Assembly: GCA_023244895.1 (NCBI GenBank) | Contig: JAHFLL010000001.1 | Coordinates: 553,802 to 617,801, forward strand | Direction of reading: 5' to 3' | Source of the DNA: Candidatus Liptonbacteria bacterium | Lineage (GTDB): Bacteria; Patescibacteriota; Minisyncoccia; UBA6257; 2-01-FULL-56-20 | Length of the DNA stretch: 64,000 nt | Shown here: piece after piece, positions 18,148 through 26,639 of the stretch | Layout of the letters: every line of letters starts with the position of its first letter | Numbering within the stretch: the stretch's first letter is position 1 | Notes under the pieces: model-generated | The model's database searches: none | Told to the model about the DNA's origin: nothing | Seen by the model: only the letters and a program-made list of their open reading frames with translations | Made by a program: the position numbers and the translations under genes

Positions 18148-19449
18148 ATGCCTCGCGCACAAAGGAATAAGGCGTGGGTGGTTACGGTTAATATGGGCTA
18201 TGGGCACCAGCGCGCCACCGCTCCGCTTGCTTCGCTCTCTCCCACTTTAAAAGCGATAACCGCCAACGACTACGAAGGCATCCCGGAGGCGGATAAGCTT
18301 ATTTGGGATCAGAGCGAGTCCTTTTATTACTTTATCTCCCGGCTCAAAGATAAGAACGCGCTGGGCCGTTTTATTTTTTCCATTTTTGATAAATACCAAA
18401 ATATCAGCGAATTCCACTCCGCCAATAAGGAAGTCGCTCCGACTCTCCAGTTGCGCAAACTCTATTCCCAGCTAAAACGCGGCTGGGGCAAGCATCTTAT
18501 AGAAAAATTGGCCAAGCGCCCCCTACCGCTTGTTACCTCTTTCTTCTCCATCGCCTACATGGCGGAATATTTTAATTACCCCTGCCAGATCTATCTTATC
18601 GTAACCGACTCGGACATCTCCCGCGCCTGGGCCCCGCTCCAGCCCTCCCGCACTAAAATAAAGTACCTGGCGCCCACGGACCGGGCGGTAGAAAGACTTA
18701 AAACTTACGGCATAAAATCGGAAAATATAATTTACACCGGATTTCCCCTGCCCCCTGGCCTGGTAGGGAAAAAATCCTTAATAGCGAAAAGAAATCTAAA
18801 GGCCCGGATGGCGCGCCTAGACCCAGAAAATAGCTACTCCTCTCTTTATTCCTCTCTTATGACTTCCTATCTGGGAAAGTCGTCCAACATAGGAGCTAGA
18901 AAGCGCGAGCCGGTCAGCCTGGCCTTCGTGGTGGGCGGGGCGGGGGCGCAGGTGGATATCGGACTCCAAATACTTAGGAGTCTGGCTGGCTTGATTCGGA
19001 AAAATAAAATACATCTCTACCTCGTCTCCGGCATTTCCGAAAAGGCCAATCAAGATTTCTTGAAAGAAATTACCCGCTTGCGTCTTGGTAAGTTTTTAGG
19101 CAAATCCATCTTTTCTTTATTCCGCTACAACAAAGAAGAGTATTTCTCGGAATTCGACAAGCTGCTCGGCAAGTTGGATATTCTTTGGACCAAGCCCTCG
19201 GAATTATCATTTTACGGAGCGCTGGGCCTGCCTATTATTATCGCTCCGCCGGTTGGCTCCCAAGAAGTTCAAAACCGCAAATGGCTACTTGGCATCGGGG
19301 TGGGCACCGATCAACTTTCCCCAAGCTACACGCAGGAATGGCTACCCAAGATGATCAAAGATGGGCATTTGGCCGGGGCGGCCATGCAGGGCTTTATTGA
19401 GATGGAGAGAGGTGGCACCGAAAACATAATTAAAATAATAGAAAGATAA
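18148..19449 (+). CDS. GT-B fold glycosyltransferase-like protein (UgtP/MGDG-synthase-like motifs)
   Basis: MGYGH, VTDSD, GGAG, TKPSE, PVGSQEVQN. Confidence 0.65.
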   Translation: MPRAQRNKAWVVTVNMGYGHQRATAPLASLSPTLKAITANDYEGIPEADKLIWDQSESFYYFISRLKDKNALGRFIFSIFDKYQNISEFHSANKEVAPTLQLRKLYSQLKRGWGKHLIEKLAKRPLPLVTSFFSIAYMAEYFNYPCQIYLIVTDSDISRAWAPLQPSRTKIKYLAPTDRAVERLKTYGIKSENIIYTGFPLPPGLVGKKSLIAKRNLKARMARLDPENSYSSLYSSLMTSYLGKSSNIGARKREPVSLAFVVGGAGAQVDIGLQILRSLAGLIRKNKIHLYLVSGISEKANQDFLKEITRLRLGKFLGKSIFSLFRYNKEEYFSEFDKLLGKLDILWTKPSELSFYGALGLPIIIAPPVGSQEVQNRKWLLGIGVGTDQLSPSYTQEWLPKMIKDGHLAGAAMQGFIEMERGGTENIIKIIER

Positions 19450-20384
19450 TGCTCTGGTTCTGGCTATCAATTTTCGCATACTTCCTTTTCGCTATTAATC
19501 AGCTTTGGGACAGGTATCTACTTACCAAGCTTTTCCCGGACACCCTGGTCTACGCCTTCTACGCCGGCATGCTGAGCGGGGTGGTGGTGGTAGCCGTGCC
19601 TTTCTTAGGGTTTCCGATTGGCAACACGGCCTTTATCTTGTCCGCTCTTTTTTGCGGAGCCGTATTCGTAATTGCGCTGGTCGTAAATTATATGGCACTC
19701 CGGAAATACGAAGCTTCCCGCATCGTGCCGGCAATTGGCGGACTCTTGCCCTTAGTCACCCTGCTCTTAACCTATCTTGTTTTCCCGAACGAAAAGATGG
19801 CAACCGGGCAAATAATATCTTTTGGTTTATTCACATTGGGTAGCATAATAATTACCGCCCGGGGCTGGTCGCACATCTTCTCGCGTAGTTTTGGGTATGC
19901 CGTGACGGCGGCAATCCTCTTCGGAATATATTTCGCGTCTCTACGCTATGTCTACGAAATAGGACCGTCTTTTTGGGGAGGGTTTCTTTGGACTAGACTC
20001 GGGAGCGTTTTAGCCGCTATTCTTATTTTTCTCTTCGTAGGTAGTGTCCGCAAAACCGTACTCGCGAGACACACGCGAGAAAACGTCAGTGCCAAACAAG
20101 GCAGAATAAAAGCCGGCCTTCTCTTTCTGGGTAATAAGGGCCTGGGCGCGACCGCTACCATAGTCCAAAACGGAGCGGTCTCTGTCGCGCCACCCCTCGC
20201 TGTTTCTCTTATAAACTCTCTGCAGGGCGCGCAATATATTTTTTTGATGATTATCGCCTATCTGGCTTCTCGGGAGTTGCCTCAACTACTCAAAGAATCC
20301 TTCCGTGGTAAAATTCTGATCCAAAAGCTATTCGCGATATTGTTGTTTGCGGCAGGCACGCTGGTGCTTATTTATTACCAATGA
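19449..20384 (+). CDS. DMT/EamA-like multi-pass membrane protein
   Basis: About 10 hydrophobic segments, ALRKYEASRIVP; start overlaps the upstream stop. Confidence 0.7.
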   Translation: MLWFWLSIFAYFLFAINQLWDRYLLTKLFPDTLVYAFYAGMLSGVVVVAVPFLGFPIGNTAFILSALFCGAVFVIALVVNYMALRKYEASRIVPAIGGLLPLVTLLLTYLVFPNEKMATGQIISFGLFTLGSIIITARGWSHIFSRSFGYAVTAAILFGIYFASLRYVYEIGPSFWGGFLWTRLGSVLAAILIFLFVGSVRKTVLARHTRENVSAKQGRIKAGLLFLGNKGLGATATIVQNGAVSVAPPLAVSLINSLQGAQYIFLMIIAYLASRELPQLLKESFRGKILIQKLFAILLFAAGTLVLIYYQ

Positions 20385-21397
20385 AGATAAGGCTTATTCT
20401 TAAAAAAATTCTCAAAATATCCTCATGGGTAGCCATTTCTTTGGCAATCTTGCTTTTGGTTTTGGTGGCAATATTTTCTATCGGTAGCAATAAACCGGCA
20501 GAGAATATGGTCTGGGGCGTAAATTTTTCCCAAAAGCACGCATCCGCGCTGGGACTTGATTGGCGAGAAACGTATTCAGCCATATTAGACGACCTGGGGG
20601 CGCGCCAGATTCGCATAGCCTCCCACTGGGACTTAATTGAGAAAGAGCCCGGACGGTTTGATTTTAGCGACTTGGACTGGCAAGTAGACATGGCCGCTAC
20701 CCGTAACGCTAAAATAATATTGGCGGTAGGCATGAAAACTCCCCGCTGGCCGGAATGCCACTTGCCAGGCTGGACAGAAAACAAGGAATTGGACTGGGTC
20801 CAGGGCAGAACGAATAACTACATCAAGGCAGTTATGGAAAGATATCGCTCCAACGCCAACATTATCGCCTGGCAGATAGAGAACGAACCCTTCTTTTATT
20901 TTGGAGAGTGTCCCCCGCTTGACCCTGAGTTTTTCAAAAAAGAAATCGCGGCCGCCCGCCAGACCGACCCCCACAGAAAAATTATGGTAACCGACAGTGG
21001 CGAATTTTCTTCTTGGTTTAGGGCGGCGTCTTTAGGAGACATAGTCGGCACAACCCTCTATCGGGAAGCGTATTTTCATAGACTAAAAATGTTCTTGGAG
21101 TACCCGCTCGCGCCAACTTTTTATCGCAGGAAGGCGCAATTAGTGAGCTGGCTTTATGATAAGAAAGTTTTTCCGGTGGAGGTGCAGGCCGAACCCTGGT
21201 TCCAAAGCTACCCCTTGGGTGTGCCCGGACAAAAAAATCAGGACTTTACCTTAGATAAATTCAAGAGCAATCTGGAATATACGCGCCGGACCGGATTTGA
21301 AGAGGCATATCTGTGGGGCGCGGAATGGTGGTACTACGAGAAAACTAAACAAAATAATCCGACATTTTGGGAAGAAGCTAGGGCTTTGTACAACTAG
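20381..21397 (+). CDS. Membrane-anchored clan GH-A glycoside hydrolase-like protein
   Basis: WDLIEKEPGRFDFS, WQIENEP acid/base motif, EVQAEPW. Confidence 0.75.
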   Translation: MKIRLILKKILKISSWVAISLAILLLVLVAIFSIGSNKPAENMVWGVNFSQKHASALGLDWRETYSAILDDLGARQIRIASHWDLIEKEPGRFDFSDLDWQVDMAATRNAKIILAVGMKTPRWPECHLPGWTENKELDWVQGRTNNYIKAVMERYRSNANIIAWQIENEPFFYFGECPPLDPEFFKKEIAAARQTDPHRKIMVTDSGEFSSWFRAASLGDIVGTTLYREAYFHRLKMFLEYPLAPTFYRRKAQLVSWLYDKKVFPVEVQAEPWFQSYPLGVPGQKNQDFTLDKFKSNLEYTRRTGFEEAYLWGAEWWYYEKTKQNNPTFWEEARALYN

Positions 21398-22335
21398 TCA
21401 AATATCTTGACCAGGTAATTGTCTATGTCACGCTGGGACATTTCGTAAAAATACTTACCTTGATTGTGGAGGTCGGTTGCGAGCGCCACGCCCACAAAAC
21501 GCCAGTGCCAAGGTTCAAAAATGTAATAGCTGTTGTTCTTGGGATATGAAAGCACAAAGCCGTATTTATAAGCGTTTTCGTTCAACCACTTATAAGCGGA
21601 GGTGGATTCAAATTTAGTGGTAAGCACGGTACTGCTTGCGTTCAAAAGATCCACCGTAGTGCCAAGCTGATGTTCGGAGTAGCCCTGATCCGCGGAAAAG
21701 CGGTTCGCGCCCGATCCATAAGTTATTTTATAACCGGTCTTGACCGCGGCCTGATCCGCGAAAGAGCGATAGGCGGAAACTACTTTGAGCTCCATGCCTT
21801 GCGCGGAAGCATCCTGGAGCATCCTATTTAGGAACGGCAAAACCTGGACTAGAATCTGCTGGGTCTTCTTGGGGTCGGAAGAATATTTAGAGTCAATATT
21901 TAAAACGGAAGGCGGGGCATAGTTTTCATTCAAGAAATAAACTTTGGAATATTTGGCAAGTAACTCCGAGTCGGTTTTGCTCAATTTATCCAAAACTCCC
22001 ACCGTGCCGGAAATCTGATTAATCTGTTGCTGAATGGAATATTGTAGCTCGCCCGTCTTTTGTTGCTCCGAACGCAAGCTGGTAGATAGGTCTTCGTTCT
22101 GACCTGTAAGATGGGCGTTTTCCGCGCGCGCGTTCGCTAGTTTGTCGCGGGCTTCTTTAAGTGATACTTGCAAAGCCTCCACTCCCTCCCTGGTCACCTG
22201 ATTTTCATACACAAGAGCCCGATACCCGCTCCAAGCGTAAGCAAAACCAACCGCCAATAGAATAGCGACCAACCCCGCGATGGAGCCACGTAACACATTT
22301 TTCTTATTCACCCCGGACCAATCAATCTTCATCAC
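21394..22335 (-). CDS. D-Ala-D-Ala carboxypeptidase (VanY/M15B) with TM anchor and coiled-coil stalk
   Basis: SAYRS, SEHQLGTTVD and EPWHWRFVG motifs. Confidence 0.9.
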   Translation of the reverse strand: MMKIDWSGVNKKNVLRGSIAGLVAILLAVGFAYAWSGYRALVYENQVTREGVEALQVSLKEARDKLANARAENAHLTGQNEDLSTSLRSEQQKTGELQYSIQQQINQISGTVGVLDKLSKTDSELLAKYSKVYFLNENYAPPSVLNIDSKYSSDPKKTQQILVQVLPFLNRMLQDASAQGMELKVVSAYRSFADQAAVKTGYKITYGSGANRFSADQGYSEHQLGTTVDLLNASSTVLTTKFESTSAYKWLNENAYKYGFVLSYPKNNSYYIFEPWHWRFVGVALATDLHNQGKYFYEMSQRDIDNYLVKIFD

Positions 22336-22344
22336 AAAAATATT

Positions 22345-23079
22345 CTAACACAATCCGCCCCGTCTCTTAACTAATCTAATAACCTTCTTAAGACACATAT
22401 CCGCACGCGAGACAATATCATCCTCCTTAAACCGCAGAACGTCCCAGCTCCCCTCTTTTAAAAACTCATCCTTTTCGTTGTCCCTTTGGCGTTGCCGAGT
22501 ACCACTGTGCGCCTTAAGATTGTCGCACTCAATCGCTATTTTGCCCTGTTTGCAAAAAATAGCAAAATCTAAACGATATCTTTTTTTGGCGTCGTTCACC
22601 CAATATTGAGGTATCGCTTTAACGCCCGCTCCGCGCAACTTATTTTTTACCATCTCTTCCGTTTCCGCTACATCATATAATTGCAAAATATTTTGGGCAC
22701 GCAAGAGGCACAACAGAGTGGTAAATCCGAAAGAGACTCTCCGAGGGCTGGCATTTTTAATCGGACGCGCGAGCTTATTCAACTTACCCACCCGAATCCG
22801 CACGTAGTCATCCTTGGCCCTGGGGTGTCCCGACTCATTCGGCAATAGGTCTTCTCTGCGTGCCGTGCGAGAAGACAAAACCCTGGCGTAGTAGATGATC
22901 CTCTTGCCCGACCGTCCGAATAACGCGGGCTGATAGAAAGCTAAATATTTAAACTTGCCCTTGGGTAGGTGTTTTTTGGGGATACGGTACCAATGTTCTT
23001 TAAGCAGAATCTCAAGATCGCGCCTACTCTTCAGTACTCCTACTAAAACTGTTTTTTCCCTTGCTTCTTTTTTGGACAT
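22345..23079 (-). CDS. DUF559/Vsr-like PD-(D/E)xK nuclease with an extra N-terminal domain
   Basis: C-terminal QY..YRLDF..IAIECD...H...RD...GWDVLRF pattern. Confidence 0.75.
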   Translation of the reverse strand: MSKKEAREKTVLVGVLKSRRDLEILLKEHWYRIPKKHLPKGKFKYLAFYQPALFGRSGKRIIYYARVLSSRTARREDLLPNESGHPRAKDDYVRIRVGKLNKLARPIKNASPRRVSFGFTTLLCLLRAQNILQLYDVAETEEMVKNKLRGAGVKAIPQYWVNDAKKRYRLDFAIFCKQGKIAIECDNLKAHSGTRQRQRDNEKDEFLKEGSWDVLRFKEDDIVSRADMCLKKVIRLVKRRGGLC

Positions 23080-23170
23080 ACGCTTGGCCTATATTATGTC
23101 AACCAATAAGACAAACTATTCTCGCGCACTGTCTCGCCCGGCTCCGAAGGGAGAAAACGAGGGCGTGCTT

Positions 23171-23770
23171 CTATGGCCTGGAAACAAGTTTTCTCCTAAA
23201 GAGACAGAGCGAAAAAATAGAGACGTTCGCCACGATAGTGGTGACCATATATATGAGCGTTAAGAAATTGTATTCTCCTAAGGAAATAATCGTGAGCGCG
23301 TTTGATATCGCAAATATCGCCCAAGAGCTGGGCGTTTCCGTCCAGGGCTCTTCAAATGTTTTCCGGAAACTTGGAATATATCCCAGACCATCTATAACCG
23401 AAACCATTACGACTGCCAATAATGGATTGTTAAGCCTCCACCAAGCCACTGTCGCCAGCAGGGCGGCCATTAAGACAATCGTGTCCGCTATGGTAATATT
23501 TCGCGTGCCAAACTTAAGAGATAGTAAAAAAACCGCGAAGACGAGGGTCGTAACAACCAACATAGAAAGCGTGCCCCAGCCACCCCCGCCGTACCAAAGC
23601 CCGGCTGTCGCCGTGCCCATGGTTATAGCCCAGATAAGCCAAGTATAGACGTGAGGCCTTGTCTTCTTTAGAAATATATCTCGAAAATAAGGGATGTATG
23701 CGCCAACCATCACTAGGCTGGCCAAGACAGAGATTATTAATTTCACATCAAGCCCTCCCAGATTTGTCAT
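23171..23770 (-). CDS. Multi-pass membrane protein (PQ-loop-like)
   Basis: YIPY...KKTRPHVYTWLIW and YIPSFRK...PWTE repeats. Confidence 0.7.
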   Translation of the reverse strand: MTNLGGLDVKLIISVLASLVMVGAYIPYFRDIFLKKTRPHVYTWLIWAITMGTATAGLWYGGGGWGTLSMLVVTTLVFAVFLLSLKFGTRNITIADTIVLMAALLATVAWWRLNNPLLAVVMVSVIDGLGYIPSFRKTFEEPWTETPSSWAIFAISNALTIISLGEYNFLTLIYMVTTIVANVSIFSLCLFRRKLVSRP

Positions 23771-23803
23771 TGGGAAATTATAACACTAAGCACGGATTCT
23801 CAG

Positions 23804-23875
23804 CTCCGACACCAGGACTCGAACCTGGAACCATCGCCTTAACAGGGCGCCGCTCTACCATTGAGCTATGTCGGA
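23804..23875 (-). tRNA. tRNA-Asn(GUU)
   Basis: TCCGACA acceptor stem, loop CT GTT AA, GTTCGAGTC T-loop. Confidence 0.95.
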
Positions 23876-24017
23876 ATATTTAGAACCCCCTTAATTTAGC
23901 AAATTTCAGATTATTTGCAAACAATTTGGTTTACATGAGATTGCTGCCGTGCTAAGGTTGCCCCACGCTTAATTATGAGCGGTAAAAGTCGTAAATCTTT
24001 CAAATTTGATACACATC

Positions 24018-24146
24018 ATGTACGAAATTAAGAACCAAGCTCCGGCGGAACCCACTGTCCCCCAGGAACCTCAGGCTCCTCAAGAGCCACAACCAGTCGG
24101 AGAACCGACTACTCCCCCGACTGAGCCAACGACCCCGACAGCGTAG
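24018..24146 (+). CDS. Unannotated 42-aa Pro/Glu/Thr-rich peptide
   Basis: MYEIKNQAPAEPTVPQEPQAPQEPQPVGEPTTPPTEPTTPTA*, followed by a terminator. Confidence 0.6.
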   Translation: MYEIKNQAPAEPTVPQEPQAPQEPQPVGEPTTPPTEPTTPTA

Positions 24147-24164
24147 GACCAACCAGGTTTATAC

Positions 24165-24197
24165 AAAACAAAACCCCTTCTGGGGGTTTTGTTTTTT
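24165..24197. terminator. Bidirectional intrinsic terminator
   Basis: aaaacaaaacccc / ggggttttgtttt. Confidence 0.8.
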
Positions 24198-24218
24198 GTT
24201 CAGGCAAAATCGGAATAA

Positions 24219-26039
24219 CTACTTGTGGCTAGAATTGTTTTGCAAGGCATATAGTTTGCCCAACCGAGAATCTTTTTGACGCAACAACTCACGAAAACCG
24301 CCCCGTTCCACTATCTGTCCCCTCTCAATAACTATTACCTGATCAGCGTTCAAAAGAGTGGATAAACGATGAGCAATAATCACAAAGGTTTTGTCGGCGC
24401 CCAGGCCAGAAAAAAGTTTATCTATAATTCGTTTTTCAGTCTTACTGTCCAGTGCGGAAGTAGCTTCGTCCAAAACCAGAATGGGACAATTCTTGTAAAT
24501 CGCGCGGGCGATACCGATACGCTGACGCTCGCCTCCCGAGAGAGAATAGCCCCGTTCCCCGATCATAGTGTCTAACCCCTCCGGCAGACGCGCTATTACC
24601 TCTTTTAGGTCCGCAACTTGAATGGCCAGTTCAAGCAGACGTGGATCCAAGTCACGCATAACCGTGATGTTCTCCCGTAAGGTCAGATTAAAAAGCTCTG
24701 TCTCCTGCAAAACAATCGCGAATTGGCGCATAAGCTCCTCGCGACTCATGTCATAGAAATCCAAATTGTCTATCCGGAACTCACCCGACTTGATTTCATA
24801 TAACCCGAGCATAACCCTCGCCAGAGTGGATTTACCGCTACCGGAAGCACCCGCTACCCCAAAACGCGCGCCCCTGGGAATTGTTAGGTTAAATTTAGTA
24901 AGGCCGACTCGCTCTCCGGGATATTTAAATTCCGCGTTTTTTAAAACAATCTCGGACCAGTTATCTGGAAATTTGGCCTGACCGGAACGAATACTAGCGC
25001 TTTCTTTAAAGATAGGCATCATACGAGCCATATCCGCCTTGAAACCAATCAGAGTAGCGGTTAGATCGTTGGTGTCGTTAGCCGACTCCCTCAATTTGTT
25101 GAAGTAGGTATATAAAACTAAAATCATGCCCAAACTGATTGCCCCAGCTAAAAATTGACTGCCGATTATTAGCAGCAGCGCGGGATAGGCGCAAGCATTC
25201 CAAATCTGGAAAAAACGCCACTTAAGATTGTTGGTATAGATAACTTGATATTGGAGTCCTTGAGCGACTTCTTCTTGAGTCTTAATTTGTGAATGCATTT
25301 TCTGCTCCGCGCCAATCGCTTTGATAGATAGAATATTGCCCGTGCCTTCGATGTAGCTTCCGCTTGATTTTTCAAAAGCCTGGTTATAAGCAAGACTCAA
25401 TCTTTCTATTTTACGATTAAAACCAAACTGGATAACAAAAAACACCGCGCTATATATCAGTAAAAACAAGAAAAACCTCCAATCCACTAATAAGAAAAAG
25501 ATGGACACCGCCGTAAAATTCACTATCACCAGATAGAGATTGTTGCTCACAATCTTGGTGCACTCCATTAAAGATTGGCTACCGGTCAAAATGCGCTGGA
25601 CCTTGTTGCCGGTATTTTCCTGGGCATGCCAAAGAATGGAAAAGTTCATCAGGCGCTCAAAGCCCATAACTTTAACCCGAGAGCGGGTAGCGATACCGAT
25701 TCGGGACAATTCGTTTTTGCTATACAAACGAATAATCGCCACCAAACCATAAGACACGCCCAAAATAATAATGTATAGGTAAAATGGCGAGAGAGATGAG
25801 CCAAACTTATAATTTGTAAAAAAATCCACTATTTTCCCGACTAAGTATGCCGGAACTAATTCATAGAAATAAACCGCGAATAAAACTAGGTTAAAAATTA
25901 CGAAACCTCTCTTGTCTGAATCCAAGAAACGCCAGACCGTGCCTGGTATGTCCCGCCAGCGGAACTCGGCTACATCAACCTTGGAGTCCAAGTTGGGCGA
26001 CCTCAACAAGCCATATTGACTAGATAGGGGCAAACGCAT
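24219..26039 (-). CDS. ABC exporter, fused permease and ATPase (MsbA/MdlB-like)
   Basis: GASGSGKST, LSGGERQR, LDEATSALD, IAHRLST; start set at MRLPL (26039). Confidence 0.92.
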   Translation of the reverse strand: MRLPLSSQYGLLRSPNLDSKVDVAEFRWRDIPGTVWRFLDSDKRGFVIFNLVLFAVYFYELVPAYLVGKIVDFFTNYKFGSSLSPFYLYIIILGVSYGLVAIIRLYSKNELSRIGIATRSRVKVMGFERLMNFSILWHAQENTGNKVQRILTGSQSLMECTKIVSNNLYLVIVNFTAVSIFFLLVDWRFFLFLLIYSAVFFVIQFGFNRKIERLSLAYNQAFEKSSGSYIEGTGNILSIKAIGAEQKMHSQIKTQEEVAQGLQYQVIYTNNLKWRFFQIWNACAYPALLLIIGSQFLAGAISLGMILVLYTYFNKLRESANDTNDLTATLIGFKADMARMMPIFKESASIRSGQAKFPDNWSEIVLKNAEFKYPGERVGLTKFNLTIPRGARFGVAGASGSGKSTLARVMLGLYEIKSGEFRIDNLDFYDMSREELMRQFAIVLQETELFNLTLRENITVMRDLDPRLLELAIQVADLKEVIARLPEGLDTMIGERGYSLSGGERQRIGIARAIYKNCPILVLDEATSALDSKTEKRIIDKLFSGLGADKTFVIIAHRLSTLLNADQVIVIERGQIVERGGFRELLRQKDSRLGKLYALQNNSSHK

Positions 26040-26101
26040 AATAAGCCAATTATATAGAAAATAGACAGGAAAGGCGATTAATGTTTTCTCTAAAAAAGAT
26101 G

Positions 26102-26125
26102 CCGGGGAGTCACGCGACTCCCCGG
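26102..26125 (-). terminator. GC-rich terminator of the small basic ORF
   Basis: ccggggagtc / gactccccgg stem followed on the minus strand by CATCTTTTTT. Confidence 0.7.
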
Positions 26126-26143
26126 ACCAAAAACCCGTCCCTC

Positions 26144-26320
26144 TCACCCGTTCCCGTGCTGACGCTCCTGCTGACGCCGGCGCGAGCGGTTATTGCCCCG
26201 CTTGTGCGAGGCGTGAACCGCGCGCGACCCTCCGTGAGGACGCCGAGCGCTGCCGTTCTGTCCCTTGGGCCAGCCATGGCCGTTGCCATTGCCCTGTCCT
26301 TGCCTGCAGTGAATGCCCAT
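26144..26320 (-). CDS. 58-aa basic Gly/Arg/His-rich orphan protein
   Basis: AGGAG SD upstream of ATG 26320, own terminator. Confidence 0.6.
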   Translation of the reverse strand: MGIHCRQGQGNGNGHGWPKGQNGSARRPHGGSRAVHASHKRGNNRSRRRQQERQHGNG

Positions 26321-26462
26321 GTGTGCTTTTCTCCTATGGGGGACAAACTGGGTTTTAAAATAACACGGCCGGCTGCATTCAGTCCATGTTGATGGACGTG
26401 ATTGACCCAAAACAAACTTGAGCTATCATTGATGCCAGTTACCCCCGACTGGAGGACTGACG

Positions 26463-26585
26463 ATGAGCTACCTGCAACTGGAGCGCCAGGCCAGCCGGCT
26501 GGCCTGGCTGACCCTGGCCTTCCCCCTCCTCCTCGCGCTAGCTCTTGTCTTGCGCGAGAATCGTACTAACGGCGGCTCAACGTGA
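26463..26585 (+). CDS. Unannotated 40-aa hydrophobic peptide
   Basis: MSYLQLERQASRLAWLTLAFPLLLALALVLRENRTNGGST*; TTGACC-16-TATCAT promoter, GGAGG SD, terminator ggcggctca/tgagccgcc. Confidence 0.6.
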   Translation: MSYLQLERQASRLAWLTLAFPLLLALALVLRENRTNGGST

Positions 26586-26639
26586 GCCGCCGCCCCCATT
26601 TTTGCGCCTAGCTCAAAAAACGCCTAGAATTGAGTTCAT

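Noticed and set aside
24018-26320. RiPP or bacteriocin cluster (small peptides flanking an ABC exporter)
   Set aside because: No peptidase domain on the transporter, no modification enzymes, no double-glycine leader, and each peptide gene has its own terminator
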